A stretch of 64,000 bases of DNA from Bacillota bacterium. GTDB lineage: Bacteria > Bacillota > Clostridia > Christensenellales > Aristaeellaceae. The stretch covers positions 704-64,703 of the forward strand of contig JAEWXD010000002.1 of NCBI GenBank assembly GCA_023396045.1. Reading direction: 5' to 3'. Below, one piece after another: positions 18,992 to 28,259 of the stretch. The notes below the pieces were generated by a model. The model had not been told where the DNA came from. It searched no databases and worked only from the letters and a program-made list of their open reading frames with translations. A program made the translations under genes and the position numbers. Positions within the stretch are counted from its first letter, which is position 1; the number at the start of each line of letters is the position of its first letter.

Positions 18992-19020
18992 TTGACGAAG
19001 CGCACAAAATGTTGTAAAAT
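18992..19020 (+). promoter_or_regulatory. Promoter of the aspartokinase gene
   Basis: TTGACG, 17-nt spacer, TAAAAT. Confidence 0.6.
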
Positions 19021-19058
19021 ACATTCGTTTATTATACGCATTTGTAGGAGGAATTCGT

Positions 19059-20378
19059 TTGGCTTGTATTGTTGCAAAATTTGGTGGTAGCTCACTTGCC
19101 AATGCGGCACAGTTTCAAAAGGTAAAGCATATACTTTCCTTAGACAAGCGCCGTTTATTTATTGTGCCCAGTGCACCCGGCAAACGTTTTGCAGGCGATA
19201 GCAAAGTAACGGATTTACTTTTACACTGCTATGCCTTACACCAAAATGGCGAAAACATTGAAGCTTGCTTTGCAGAAATAGAGCAGCGTTTTTTGGAAAT
19301 AGCCAAAGACCTTGGCTTGCATTCCGCCATTAAGCAGGAACTTGCCACTGTAAAGCGAAACCTTCTCAACGGTGCAAGCAAAATGTATGTAGAAAGTCGC
19401 GGCGAATACCTCAACGGTATATTGCTTGCTGAATACTTAGGCTATACATTTTTTGACCCCAGCAATGCCATCTATTTTTTTGACAATGGTAAGTATGATA
19501 GCGAACTGAGCAACCGTATGCTTGCTGAAGCCCTTTCTACATTAGAAAACGCAGTTATCCCCGGCTTTTATGGCAGAAAACAAAACGGAGATATTCAAAC
19601 CTTCTCTCGTGGGGGGAGCGATATTACTGGCGCAGTAGTTGCAAGAGCATTGTGCGCTGATGTATACGAAAACTGGACCGATGTGAGCGGTTTCTTAATG
19701 GCAGACCCCGGTATTGTAGAAAATCCATTAGAAATTATGGAGCTAAGCTACAAAGAATTGCGTGAGCTATATTACATGGGAGCAAATGTATTGCATGCCG
19801 ATGCCATATACCCCGTGCAAAGAGCCTGTATATCCACCAATATACGCAACACCAATTTGCCCGAACACCCCGGCACTTTAATATTGCATTCCGCGCAAGA
19901 AAAGAAAAAACGCAGAATTATTACCGGTATCGGTGGCAAGGCCGGCTTTGGTATGATCAATATAGAAAAATCTATGATGCACCATGAAATCGGTTTTGTT
20001 ATGCGCTCTATGCAAGCACTGTATGAATACCAAATTCCTTGCGAGCACATGCCCAGCAGTATAGACAGCATTAGCTTTGTTGTAGATGACACCTTGCTCT
20101 GCGAAAAACAAAATGCGCTTTCTGTGCGTTTACAAGAATTGGTGCAAGCCGATAAAATTACCGTGTTGCATGATGTAGCGTTGCTTTCCATTGTGGCAAG
20201 CGAGCAAATACAAGAACCCGAAAATTACGGCAAAATATTTAAGGCCTTAGAACAAAACCATATCCCCGTGCTTTGTGTAAGCCAAGCCGGTACATCCCTC
20301 AGCACCGTAATAGGTGTGCCTGCACAGCACTATAAAAATGCAATACGTGCAATTTATAAAGAATATATGGGCGTTTAA
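19059..20378 (+). CDS. Aspartate kinase
   Basis: N-terminus VAKFGGSSL. 439 aa with a C-terminal ACT-type region. TTG start 6 nt after AGGAGGA. Confidence 0.85.
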   Translation: MACIVAKFGGSSLANAAQFQKVKHILSLDKRRLFIVPSAPGKRFAGDSKVTDLLLHCYALHQNGENIEACFAEIEQRFLEIAKDLGLHSAIKQELATVKRNLLNGASKMYVESRGEYLNGILLAEYLGYTFFDPSNAIYFFDNGKYDSELSNRMLAEALSTLENAVIPGFYGRKQNGDIQTFSRGGSDITGAVVARALCADVYENWTDVSGFLMADPGIVENPLEIMELSYKELRELYYMGANVLHADAIYPVQRACISTNIRNTNLPEHPGTLILHSAQEKKKRRIITGIGGKAGFGMINIEKSMMHHEIGFVMRSMQALYEYQIPCEHMPSSIDSISFVVDDTLLCEKQNALSVRLQELVQADKITVLHDVALLSIVASEQIQEPENYGKIFKALEQNHIPVLCVSQAGTSLSTVIGVPAQHYKNAIRAIYKEYMGV

Positions 20379-20397
20379 AACCCAATTGGAGTAAACT

Positions 20398-20790
20398 ATG
20401 GAATATAATGATAGAATTTTTAGAATGAGTATACCCGCGTTAGAGGAATTTACCTGCGTTGCCAGCAATGCCATTAAAGGTGCGCTTTGTAGCTTTGGTA
20501 TCGCCTTGGATATTTTGGATGATGTATGCATTGCAAGCAAAGAAGCCATTTACAGTTTGCGTAACCAAGTTGCCAAAGCAGACAATATTCAAATTGAATG
20601 TACCCATGTAGACAAAGGCTTTATTGTAGAGTTTACCTCTCTTTCTGCCCATGTACGCGAACACTGCAATTGTTGCGACAACGATCTAACCCGTGGTATT
20701 TTAGAAACCTTGATACCCAAATGCAATATACTGTGCGATGAACGCGGTATTTTTTGCATAACATTTTTCTTCCCAAACACTGAGGCGTAA
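20398..20790 (+). CDS. SpoIIAB/RsbW-like anti-sigma-factor-fold protein; ATP-binding motifs degenerate; cysteine-rich
   Basis: By eye it aligns with SpoIIAB (SIPALEEF..VASNAI..ASKEAIYSL). The N-box Asn and the DxGxG/G2 glycine boxes are absent. It sits immediately upstream of the sigma gene. Confidence 0.5.
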   Translation: MEYNDRIFRMSIPALEEFTCVASNAIKGALCSFGIALDILDDVCIASKEAIYSLRNQVAKADNIQIECTHVDKGFIVEFTSLSAHVREHCNCCDNDLTRGILETLIPKCNILCDERGIFCITFFFPNTEA

Positions 20791-20792
20791 AA

Positions 20793-21530
20793 ATGACACA
20801 AGATACACTGCAAAAGCTGTTGGTTCAATATGCAAAACAGCCAAGCCCTGACCTGTTGGAAAGTTTAACAGAGGGTTTTATTGGTATACCCAAAGCCATT
20901 GCAGCAAAATTTACCGGCCATGGTATAGAATATGATGATTTGTTGCAAGTAGGAAGCATTGCCCTTATGAAGGCTATACAGCGTTTTGACCCCGGCATGG
21001 GTTATAAATTCATTACCTACGCTACGCCTACCATTGTTGGCGACCTGCGCAACTTTATTAGGGATAAAAGCAATTTAATCAAAGCCAGCAGAAGTACCAA
21101 GAACCTGCTTTATAATATGAATAAAGTGAAGGATCACTTTGTACAAGAAAACTACCGTGAACCAAACTTGCAAGAGCTTGCAGAACTGATGCAGGTGGAT
21201 AAAAACGAACTGATGGAGGCTTTGCTTGCGCAAAATTCTACCAATGTAAGTAGCTTAGATGCCAGCATAGATGATGAAAGCAGCGACAGCTTGTCTGCTT
21301 TTATCGGCTATGAGGAGCAAGGCTATATCAATATAGAAAATGAAGGCCTTATGGAATGGATCAAAAGCCACACCAGTAGCCAGGAATTTCAACTTTTGCA
21401 ATACCGCTTTATGCACAACCTAAGCCAAAGAGATACCGCAAAATTGCTCAAGGTTTCTCAAATGCAAGTGAGCAGATTAGAAAAGCGTATTTTTTTAAGG
21501 TTGCGAGAACATATTAACGAAATACAATAA
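20793..21530 (+). CDS. Group-3 sigma-70 family sigma factor, SigF/SigG/SigB-like
   Basis: Region 2 DDLLQVGSIALMKAIQRFD..FITYATPTIVGDLRNFIRD; region 4 SQMQVSRLEKRI. Confidence 0.85.
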   Translation: MTQDTLQKLLVQYAKQPSPDLLESLTEGFIGIPKAIAAKFTGHGIEYDDLLQVGSIALMKAIQRFDPGMGYKFITYATPTIVGDLRNFIRDKSNLIKASRSTKNLLYNMNKVKDHFVQENYREPNLQELAELMQVDKNELMEALLAQNSTNVSSLDASIDDESSDSLSAFIGYEEQGYINIENEGLMEWIKSHTSSQEFQLLQYRFMHNLSQRDTAKLLKVSQMQVSRLEKRIFLRLREHINEIQ

Positions 21531-21539
21531 GGGGAATAC

Positions 21540-23129
21540 ATGTTTAAATTTGGTAAAAAAAAGCAAAATCAAAGCGCTATGCCTGCGCCTTCTTTTGCAC
21601 CCAATACACACACCCCTTTTACACAAAAGCAAGGGTTTGGTACAGCGCAACAAATACCCATCATGCCTACACCCCCTGCCAATAACCCTTTTGTAAACAA
21701 TCCTTTTATGCAAGGGCAAGCGATGCCAAATGCTATGCCCGGGCATGCTGTGCCACCTATGGCAAACATGCAAGGTAGCATGCCGCCTATACAGAACGCA
21801 GCAAATATTGCGCCACCTTTTATGCCACAAGGTGCCGTACCCAACTCCCCTTTTGCAATGCCTGCTACACCTGCACCACCCGTACAACACCCCCCTGTGC
21901 AAGAGCCACAACCTATGCCTGTGCCAAGGTACTATAAGAAGCCTACTTCACCTTGGGTGCGTTTGTTAAGCGTAATGCTTATGATTTCTGCATTGGGCTT
22001 TTTAAGCTATTACGTGTATAGAATGATTGTACCTGCCGGCGACCAATATGCCACCGTGCAAAAGGCAAGCTACGGCCAAAGCTATGATGGGCAAGTGCTC
22101 ATTATACGGGATGAAGTGGTGTTTGATGATGAAGGTATTACCGATATAGAATATATTTCCAAAGAGGGTAGCCAAATTGGCTTAACAGAGCTGGTTGCCC
22201 ACGTATATACCTCCGGTTACAGCGACAGAGAACGTAGAGCACTACAAAACTTTCGCGACCAAATCAAACGCTACCAAATAGAGCTGTTAACCACAGAAAG
22301 TACATTTGACCAAAAAATGAACCGTTTGGTAGGCGATGTAAATGCCCGTGCCTTAGAAGTGCGCAATATTGTACAAGGTGAAAAAGGCAATATGGTGAAC
22401 CTGGAAAAAGACCTTGCAGCCTCTTTACAGGCACGCCAAGACTATTTTAGAGAAAAATACGCCGAAGACCAACGCTTGAGTCGTTTGTATGATGATGAAA
22501 CCACCCAGCTGAAACGTATAGAAAGTTGGAAAAAACAAAACAACAGCAATGTTGCCGGCACTTTGAGCTTTTATACCGACGGCTATGAATATGGCTTACA
22601 GATCGGCGAAATAGAAAACTACTCTCCCTCTTACGTGCAAAGGCTAATCAACGGTCAAAAACCGGAAGAAAGTGCCGGCCGCAGGGGTAAGAGCGATATT
22701 TATCGCATTGTGCGCAGCAATGAATGGTATGCGCTGATGATTATACAAAACAGCACATGGAACCCTGTGCAAAACAGTGTATTAGACCTTACCTTGCACC
22801 AATTCAGTGATATTAGCGTACAAGCTACCATTGTAAGTTTTGCAAGAACCGGTAACCAATTGTTATTGCGTTTGCGTGTAAATTCCGATATTAACCCAAT
22901 TTTATATACCCGTAACAGTAAGGCGCGCATAGGGCAATATGCTTCCGCATTGGCAGTACCCAACCGTGCCATTCACGAACAAGACGGAACCACCGGTGTA
23001 GTGGTTGTAGCAGACACTAAAAAACTCTTTGTGCCTTGCGAAATTATACAAAAACAAGATGGCCTTACATTTATTAGGCCACAGCACAACAACACCTTAT
23101 TTGAAGGGCAAAGCATATTATTGTTTTAG
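21540..23129 (+). CDS. Bitopic membrane protein: ~130-aa P/M/Q/N-rich cytoplasmic tail, one TM helix, then an HlyD/membrane-fusion-protein-like ectodomain
   Basis: TM WVRLLSVMLMISALGFLSYYVY; a coiled-coil segment; HlyD-like C-terminal beta-domain pattern (ALAVPNRAIHEQDGTTGVVVV). Confidence 0.5.
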   Translation: MFKFGKKKQNQSAMPAPSFAPNTHTPFTQKQGFGTAQQIPIMPTPPANNPFVNNPFMQGQAMPNAMPGHAVPPMANMQGSMPPIQNAANIAPPFMPQGAVPNSPFAMPATPAPPVQHPPVQEPQPMPVPRYYKKPTSPWVRLLSVMLMISALGFLSYYVYRMIVPAGDQYATVQKASYGQSYDGQVLIIRDEVVFDDEGITDIEYISKEGSQIGLTELVAHVYTSGYSDRERRALQNFRDQIKRYQIELLTTESTFDQKMNRLVGDVNARALEVRNIVQGEKGNMVNLEKDLAASLQARQDYFREKYAEDQRLSRLYDDETTQLKRIESWKKQNNSNVAGTLSFYTDGYEYGLQIGEIENYSPSYVQRLINGQKPEESAGRRGKSDIYRIVRSNEWYALMIIQNSTWNPVQNSVLDLTLHQFSDISVQATIVSFARTGNQLLLRLRVNSDINPILYTRNSKARIGQYASALAVPNRAIHEQDGTTGVVVVADTKKLFVPCEIIQKQDGLTFIRPQHNNTLFEGQSILLF

Positions 23130-23136
23130 AGGCAGT

Positions 23137-23814
23137 ATGACACATGAAGAACTAAGCGTGCGCCTGCAAAATATACAGGCAGATATACAGCGTTTGGCTT
23201 GGGATGCCAAGCAAACACAGTTGGTTGCCGTAAGCAAAACGGTAGATGCCGCCACCACCAACATGCTCTGTGAGCACGGGCAGTTTTTAATAGGTGAAAA
23301 CCGTGTACAAGTAATTCAACAAAAACTCCCTAACTTAGACAAACGGCTACAATTACACTTTATTGGGCGTTTGCAAACAAATAAAATTAGGTATATAATA
23401 AAAGATGTATCTTTATTTCATTCTATAGATAGGCCGCATTTGGCAGAAGAATTGAATGCTGTAGCTTTGCAAAACAATCTTTGTAAAGATGTATTATTGC
23501 AAGTAAACATAGGGGAAGAAAAACAAAAAGCCGGCTTTGCCAAAGAAGAAGTGATAGACTTTTTGCAAAAAGCAAGCCAATACAATGGCCTGCACTTCCG
23601 TGGGCTGATGGCTATTTTACCCTTTATAGAAAACGAAATAGAGCTTGCCACATATTTTAAACAAATGCGCCAGCTATTTGACCATATCAAAGAATTGGCA
23701 CCCAATAATGTAGACATGCACTTTTTATCCATGGGTATGACCCACGATTATAGCATTGCCTTACAAGAAGGCGCAAATATGCTAAGAATAGGATCGGCAA
23801 TTTTTCATGAGTAG
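23137..23814 (+). CDS. yggS: YggS/YlmE family PLP homeostasis protein
   Basis: LVAVSKT lysine motif and HFIGRLQTNK. ATG at 23137 follows AGAGG. Confidence 0.9.
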   Translation: MTHEELSVRLQNIQADIQRLAWDAKQTQLVAVSKTVDAATTNMLCEHGQFLIGENRVQVIQQKLPNLDKRLQLHFIGRLQTNKIRYIIKDVSLFHSIDRPHLAEELNAVALQNNLCKDVLLQVNIGEEKQKAGFAKEEVIDFLQKASQYNGLHFRGLMAILPFIENEIELATYFKQMRQLFDHIKELAPNNVDMHFLSMGMTHDYSIALQEGANMLRIGSAIFHE

Positions 23815-23824
23815 GAGATCACAA

Positions 23825-24739
23825 GTGGAACAACAATATAATCCAATGTATGCACAACAAAACGCATACCCCAACGGCTATGCGCAAGCAAATCCCTATG
23901 GAATGCCCGAGCAAGCCTATCCCGGTGCCCCATACAATACAGGCCAAGCCAATGCGCCCTATGCACCCGGTTATGACCAAATGCAGCAAGCACCCGTTCA
24001 AAATAACGGCTATGATTATATGCAGCAAGCACAAAATGCAGGTATGGATTATAACCAAGCCTACGGCAATGCAGAATATGCTAACCCTATGTATGCAAAC
24101 CCTGCCTATAAGCCTATGGCAAGACATAGCGCAAACCAAGGCAACCGTTTTGCAGGCATAAAAGATGGTGTAAAGTCGTTGCCGAACAAAATGAGTGAGG
24201 GTTTGAAATCCTTTTTTGCCAAGTTCAAAAAAGAAAGCCCTGCACCAAATGCAAATACCTATATGCAAGAGGCCTATATACAAACACAAATACCTGTGCA
24301 AGCGCCTTTTACACCTGCACCACAATACGCCTATGCAGATAACAGCAACATGCCTGCTGTTGATAATACACAGGAAATCTTTCCCACCACAGAAATTATT
24401 ATTACCCAAAGTGCAAAAGATTGCCCCGATATGATTCGCAGGTTAAACAATCCATTTATTTCTATTGTGAATATGGAAGAATTACCCGAAGATGAATATC
24501 GTATTGCGTACAACATTTTGCTTGGTGCCAAATTGGCCTTGCGCTATAATTTATTTAAATGTGGCCGTGGCATCTTCTTGTTAGCACCCGGCAAAGTAAC
24601 CATCGGTATGAACGAGGTAACACGAGGCATTGTAGAAAAACTAAGCCGTGAAAACGCACCTTATACACAACAAGCAAGGTACTACGAACCAAACACCAAT
24701 GCTTACCCACGTTCTGGCAGCTTTGGTGCTTACAGATAG
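23825..24739 (+). CDS. sepF: Cell division protein SepF with a long Q/N/Y/P-rich N-terminal extension
   Basis: SepF core (IIITQSAKDCPDMIRRL..ISIVNMEELPEDEYRIAYNILLGAKLAL). GTG at 23825 lies 7 nt after GGAG; ATG at 23807 is in frame and also possible. Confidence 0.8.
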   Translation: MEQQYNPMYAQQNAYPNGYAQANPYGMPEQAYPGAPYNTGQANAPYAPGYDQMQQAPVQNNGYDYMQQAQNAGMDYNQAYGNAEYANPMYANPAYKPMARHSANQGNRFAGIKDGVKSLPNKMSEGLKSFFAKFKKESPAPNANTYMQEAYIQTQIPVQAPFTPAPQYAYADNSNMPAVDNTQEIFPTTEIIITQSAKDCPDMIRRLNNPFISIVNMEELPEDEYRIAYNILLGAKLALRYNLFKCGRGIFLLAPGKVTIGMNEVTRGIVEKLSRENAPYTQQARYYEPNTNAYPRSGSFGAYR

Positions 24740-24747
24740 GAGCCGAT

Positions 24748-25017
24748 ATGTTTATAATAGCAAGAATAATACTCACTGCTTTGCGTTGGTATTCTTATGC
24801 CTTATTTATATATGTAATATTAGAATACATACAACCGCATCATAAAATAACAAATATATTGCGTGGTATATGCGAACCCGTGCTTATAAAGGTACGAAAG
24901 GTTTTATATAACGCCTTCCCTTCCTTATATAAGTTGCCACTTGATATTTCGCCTTTGGCTGTGTATTTTTTAATACAAATACTATCCCGTATAGTATGGA
25001 TGCTTTTTAGGCTATAA
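24748..25017 (+). CDS. yggT: YggT family membrane protein
   Basis: 89 aa with two TM helices, in the conserved position after sepF. Confidence 0.85.
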   Translation: MFIIARIILTALRWYSYALFIYVILEYIQPHHKITNILRGICEPVLIKVRKVLYNAFPSLYKLPLDISPLAVYFLIQILSRIVWMLFRL

Positions 25018-25748
25018 TGCAAAACCAAGACAGATTAGTAGATTTAGCACAAAAAGCGCATAAACATGGGTTTGCCCATAGCGCATTTGTAAGTGAAGAG
25101 GCTCTTGCCCCTGCCATGCATATTGCCAAACAAGAAGACCTGCTCTGTAAAGCCTTTGGCGGCTACCCTGATGCAGAACGGCAAGTTCTTTGCTTTTACC
25201 ATAAAGATGAAGAAGCCGCCCACCCCATTGCTTGCTTTGGCATAGAAAGCAAAGTTGCCTTAGAACATAGGCAAATACTGGGCAGTATATTGGCCTTAGG
25301 CTTAAAAAGAGATGTGCTGGGCGATATCGTATTAAGCGATTTTGGTGCCTATGTATTTTGTTTAGAAAGCATGGCTCAACACATTGCAGATTCTTTATTG
25401 CAGGTAGGCAGGCAAAGTGTGCAATGCAAGGTGTTTGATACTCTTCCGGAAATTAGTACCATTGCCGGCCAAGAACAGCGCTTTACTGTGGCAAGCCCAC
25501 GCCTTGATGCAGTGCTTGGCGCTGTGCTTCACCTATCTCGCGGAGATGCAAGTGCGCTCATAGCACAAAGCAAAGTATACCTAAACCACGCTTTGCAAAG
25601 CAAGGCAGACAAACAAGTACAAGTAGGAGATAAACTCTCCATACGCGGCTTTGGTCGTTGCAAATTATTGCAAATAGGTACACCCACCAAAAAGAACAGA
25701 ATACCCATTGTAGTAGAACAATTTTTAAAAAACAAAAAGAAATTTTAG
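25017..25748 (+). CDS. ylmH: YlmH-like S4-domain RNA-binding protein
   Basis: C-terminal S4 motif (RLDAVLGAVLHLSRGDASALIAQSKVYLN) and conserved synteny. Confidence 0.8.
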   Translation: MQNQDRLVDLAQKAHKHGFAHSAFVSEEALAPAMHIAKQEDLLCKAFGGYPDAERQVLCFYHKDEEAAHPIACFGIESKVALEHRQILGSILALGLKRDVLGDIVLSDFGAYVFCLESMAQHIADSLLQVGRQSVQCKVFDTLPEISTIAGQEQRFTVASPRLDAVLGAVLHLSRGDASALIAQSKVYLNHALQSKADKQVQVGDKLSIRGFGRCKLLQIGTPTKKNRIPIVVEQFLKNKKKF

Positions 25749-25757
25749 GAGTGTAGT

Positions 25758-26333
25758 ATGGAATTTGTACCCAAAAAAATAACAGTGGACACCATTGTTA
25801 ACAAAGAATTCAATAGTGAAATGGATGGCTTTAATAAAGCCGAAGTAAATGCCTTTTTAGATGAAATTTGTGATTTTTTAGAATACCAAGAAAAAACACA
25901 AAACACTGCACCAGTTAGCCCAGCCGCTAACTTTGACAGCGCGGAAATTGCCAAAAGAGATGCAGAAATTGCCAGATTACAAGGCCTTGTAAAGCAAGCC
26001 CAAAGAGAATCTGCAGAAGCACGTGCAAAGTTGGAATTGGCACCAAAAAGCGAAGTGCAACTTGCCAGCGAACAAGCAACCAACCTTTTGGTAAACGCAC
26101 AAAAAGTATATGATAAAACCGTCTCTGATGCCAACCAACGAGCAAACGAGATTATAAATAATGCACAAGCCGAAGCAGACAAGCAAATTGCAGGCTTAAG
26201 CGCACAAAGAGAGCAATTACAAGCAGACGTGGCAGACCTGCAAAACCGTTTTGCTGCCCACTTACAAAAGGTAGAAAACCTTATTGAAGAACAACGTGCA
26301 CAAATTGCTGTATTAAAAGAAAGATCCCTATAG
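25758..26333 (+). CDS. divIVA: DivIVA domain protein
   Basis: N-terminus ITVDTIVNKEFNSEMDGFNKAEVNAFLDEI followed by a coiled coil. Confidence 0.85.
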   Translation: MEFVPKKITVDTIVNKEFNSEMDGFNKAEVNAFLDEICDFLEYQEKTQNTAPVSPAANFDSAEIAKRDAEIARLQGLVKQAQRESAEARAKLELAPKSEVQLASEQATNLLVNAQKVYDKTVSDANQRANEIINNAQAEADKQIAGLSAQREQLQADVADLQNRFAAHLQKVENLIEEQRAQIAVLKERSL

Positions 26334-26343
26334 GAGAACGATT

Positions 26344-27582
26344 TTGGACGACAGTATAGGCTTTTCGAGCATATTGATAATGGCAGTTCTCATACTGCTA
26401 TCCGGATTTTTTTCTGCAACAGAAACGGCGTTTTCTTCCCTCAACAAAAGTAAGCTAAGGGTATTGGAAAACCAAGGCAACAAACGTGCTACTAAAACGC
26501 TGGCACTGCTTGACGATTTTGATTCCATACTCAGCGTAGTACTTGTGGGCAATAACATTGTAAACATTGCTTTGGCATCTATATCCACACTGTTTTTTAT
26601 ACAGCTGGTTGGCAGGCATGGTTCTACCCTATCCACCATAGTAATTACTATTTTGGTGCTTGTCTTTGGTGAGATTACTCCCAAGAGCCTTGCCAAAGAA
26701 AATGCAGAAAAGTTTGCTTTATTTGTAACACCCACCATACAGTTTTTAAACAAAGTACTTACACCGGTAACCAAACTGTTTCAATGGTGGAAACATGCCA
26801 TTGCTAAGTTATTTCATAATGAAGATAATGACAACACCATATCTGACGATGAATTGCTATCTATATTAGACGAAGCCACAGATCAAGGTGGTATAGACAG
26901 CATGGAAAGTACGCTCATTCGCAACGCCATAGAGTTCAGTGATGTAAAAGTCAGCGATATACTGGTGCCACGCACACAAATCAAGGCCATACATAAAGAC
27001 GATAGTATTGAAGAAATTACCAAAGTGTTTGTAGAAACCGAGTTCTCTCGCCTACCTGTGTATGATGAAAGCTTAGATGATATTATCGGCACATTGCATT
27101 ATAAAGACTTTATGAGCCATGTGCGCATACAAAAGCAGGCTTTGGTAAACTATATTCAACCTGCTATGTTTATTTCTGCCGGTAAAAATATACACGATGT
27201 ATTGCAAACCCTGCAAAAAAATAAGCGTCACATTGCCATTGTTGCAGATGAATATGGCGGCACTATGGGTATCGTTACTATGGAAGATATTTTAGAAGAA
27301 CTTGTTGGTGAAATTTTTGATGAAACCGATGAAATTCAAGAAAAAATCAGCCAAATAGACGATAAAAACTACCTCATTAATACTTCAGCAGAAATAGATG
27401 ATATATTTGCTTACTTTAATATAGAAGAAGAAACCGAAGCAAACACTGTTGGCGGATGGATCAATGAAAAGCTCAATGCCATACCCAAAGTAGGTGATCA
27501 TTTTGCCAATGACGTTTACGAAGTACTGGTAACCAAGGCCGATGTAAAGCGCGCCTTAGAAATTAAATTAAGTTTAAAATAA
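26344..27582 (+). CDS. CNNM/TlyC-family (DUF21-CBS-CorC_HlyC) membrane protein
   Basis: N-terminal TM domain with ETAFSS, a CBS pair, and a C-terminal CorC domain. TTG start. Confidence 0.85.
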   Translation: MDDSIGFSSILIMAVLILLSGFFSATETAFSSLNKSKLRVLENQGNKRATKTLALLDDFDSILSVVLVGNNIVNIALASISTLFFIQLVGRHGSTLSTIVITILVLVFGEITPKSLAKENAEKFALFVTPTIQFLNKVLTPVTKLFQWWKHAIAKLFHNEDNDNTISDDELLSILDEATDQGGIDSMESTLIRNAIEFSDVKVSDILVPRTQIKAIHKDDSIEEITKVFVETEFSRLPVYDESLDDIIGTLHYKDFMSHVRIQKQALVNYIQPAMFISAGKNIHDVLQTLQKNKRHIAIVADEYGGTMGIVTMEDILEELVGEIFDETDEIQEKISQIDDKNYLINTSAEIDDIFAYFNIEEETEANTVGGWINEKLNAIPKVGDHFANDVYEVLVTKADVKRALEIKLSLK

Positions 27583-27607
27583 AAATGCTCCCTTAGGGAG
27601 CATTTTT
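27583..27607 (+). terminator. Rho-independent terminator ending the division cluster/CNNM transcript
   Basis: AAATGCTCCC-tta-GGGAGCATTT followed by TT. Confidence 0.85.
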
Positions 27608-28110
27608 ATTTGCAGTATATCTATTTTATATTTCTTAATAGAAAAATAGGATTATTGCTTTTTAAACACAACATCGTGTCCCACATAATGAATAACACTT
27701 TTCCCGTTTTCAAAATCACACAGTACACTTAAGCTTGTATAATTTTATATATTGTTCTCCATTGTTAATTTATGCAAAAAATACGCATTTTGCTGTTTAT
27801 TAAAAGCAACATTTTGTTTTACGAATTTTTAGCATTATTTCATTTTTATATGAATACTTTGTTTTAAATTATGTGTAAAATGATAAAAAAATAATAATTA
27901 ACAGACAACAAATTAAATAATTTATGAAAGCGGTCTGCTGATGCCGCAGTAAAAATTGTTATTATATAAACATTTCTCAAAATGCCTTAATTTACTTGTG
28001 TTGTATGAATTAAATATAGAACATCGTTTATTATTTTCCACTACAACAACGAATTCACATTGTAATCAATTATTGTATTGCTAAAATAAAAACGTTATTA
28101 TTTAACCATT

Positions 28111-28126
28111 TGCGTAAACTTACGCA
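28111..28126. promoter_or_regulatory. Palindrome TGCGTAA-AC-TTACGCA
   Basis: 7-bp perfect arms, 170 nt upstream of the hydC start. Confidence 0.3.
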
Positions 28127-28210
28127 CAAAAAAATAGTAGCCGCTATCATTTTTTTGCTTAAAATAAGCTATTTAACAATATTTTACAGAAGTATTGATT
28201 AAAATATTCA

Positions 28211-28226
28211 GTTAATTCAAATTAAC
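28211..28226. promoter_or_regulatory. Palindrome GTTAATT-CA-AATTAAC just upstream of the hyd promoter (candidate operator)
   Basis: 7-bp perfect arms. The half-sites resemble Rex GTTAA/TTAAC, but the spacing is 2 bp longer than the Rex consensus. Confidence 0.35.
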
Positions 28227-28250
28227 TTTGCAAAAATATTTTTATACTTA

Positions 28251-28259
28251 TGCTATAAT
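28251..28259 (+). promoter_or_regulatory. Extended -10 element, TGcTATAAT, for the hyd operon
   Basis: TGCTATAAT lies 38 nt upstream of the hydC ATG. No well-spaced -35 was found. Confidence 0.5.

Noticed and set aside
28211-28226. Calling the GTTAATT-CA-AATTAAC palindrome a bona fide Rex operator
   Set aside because: The half-sites fit, but the spacing between GTTAA and TTAAC is 6 nt rather than the 4 nt of the TTGTTAA-N4-TTAACAA consensus. The flanking TT/AA are also missing. I keep it only as a generic candidate operator.
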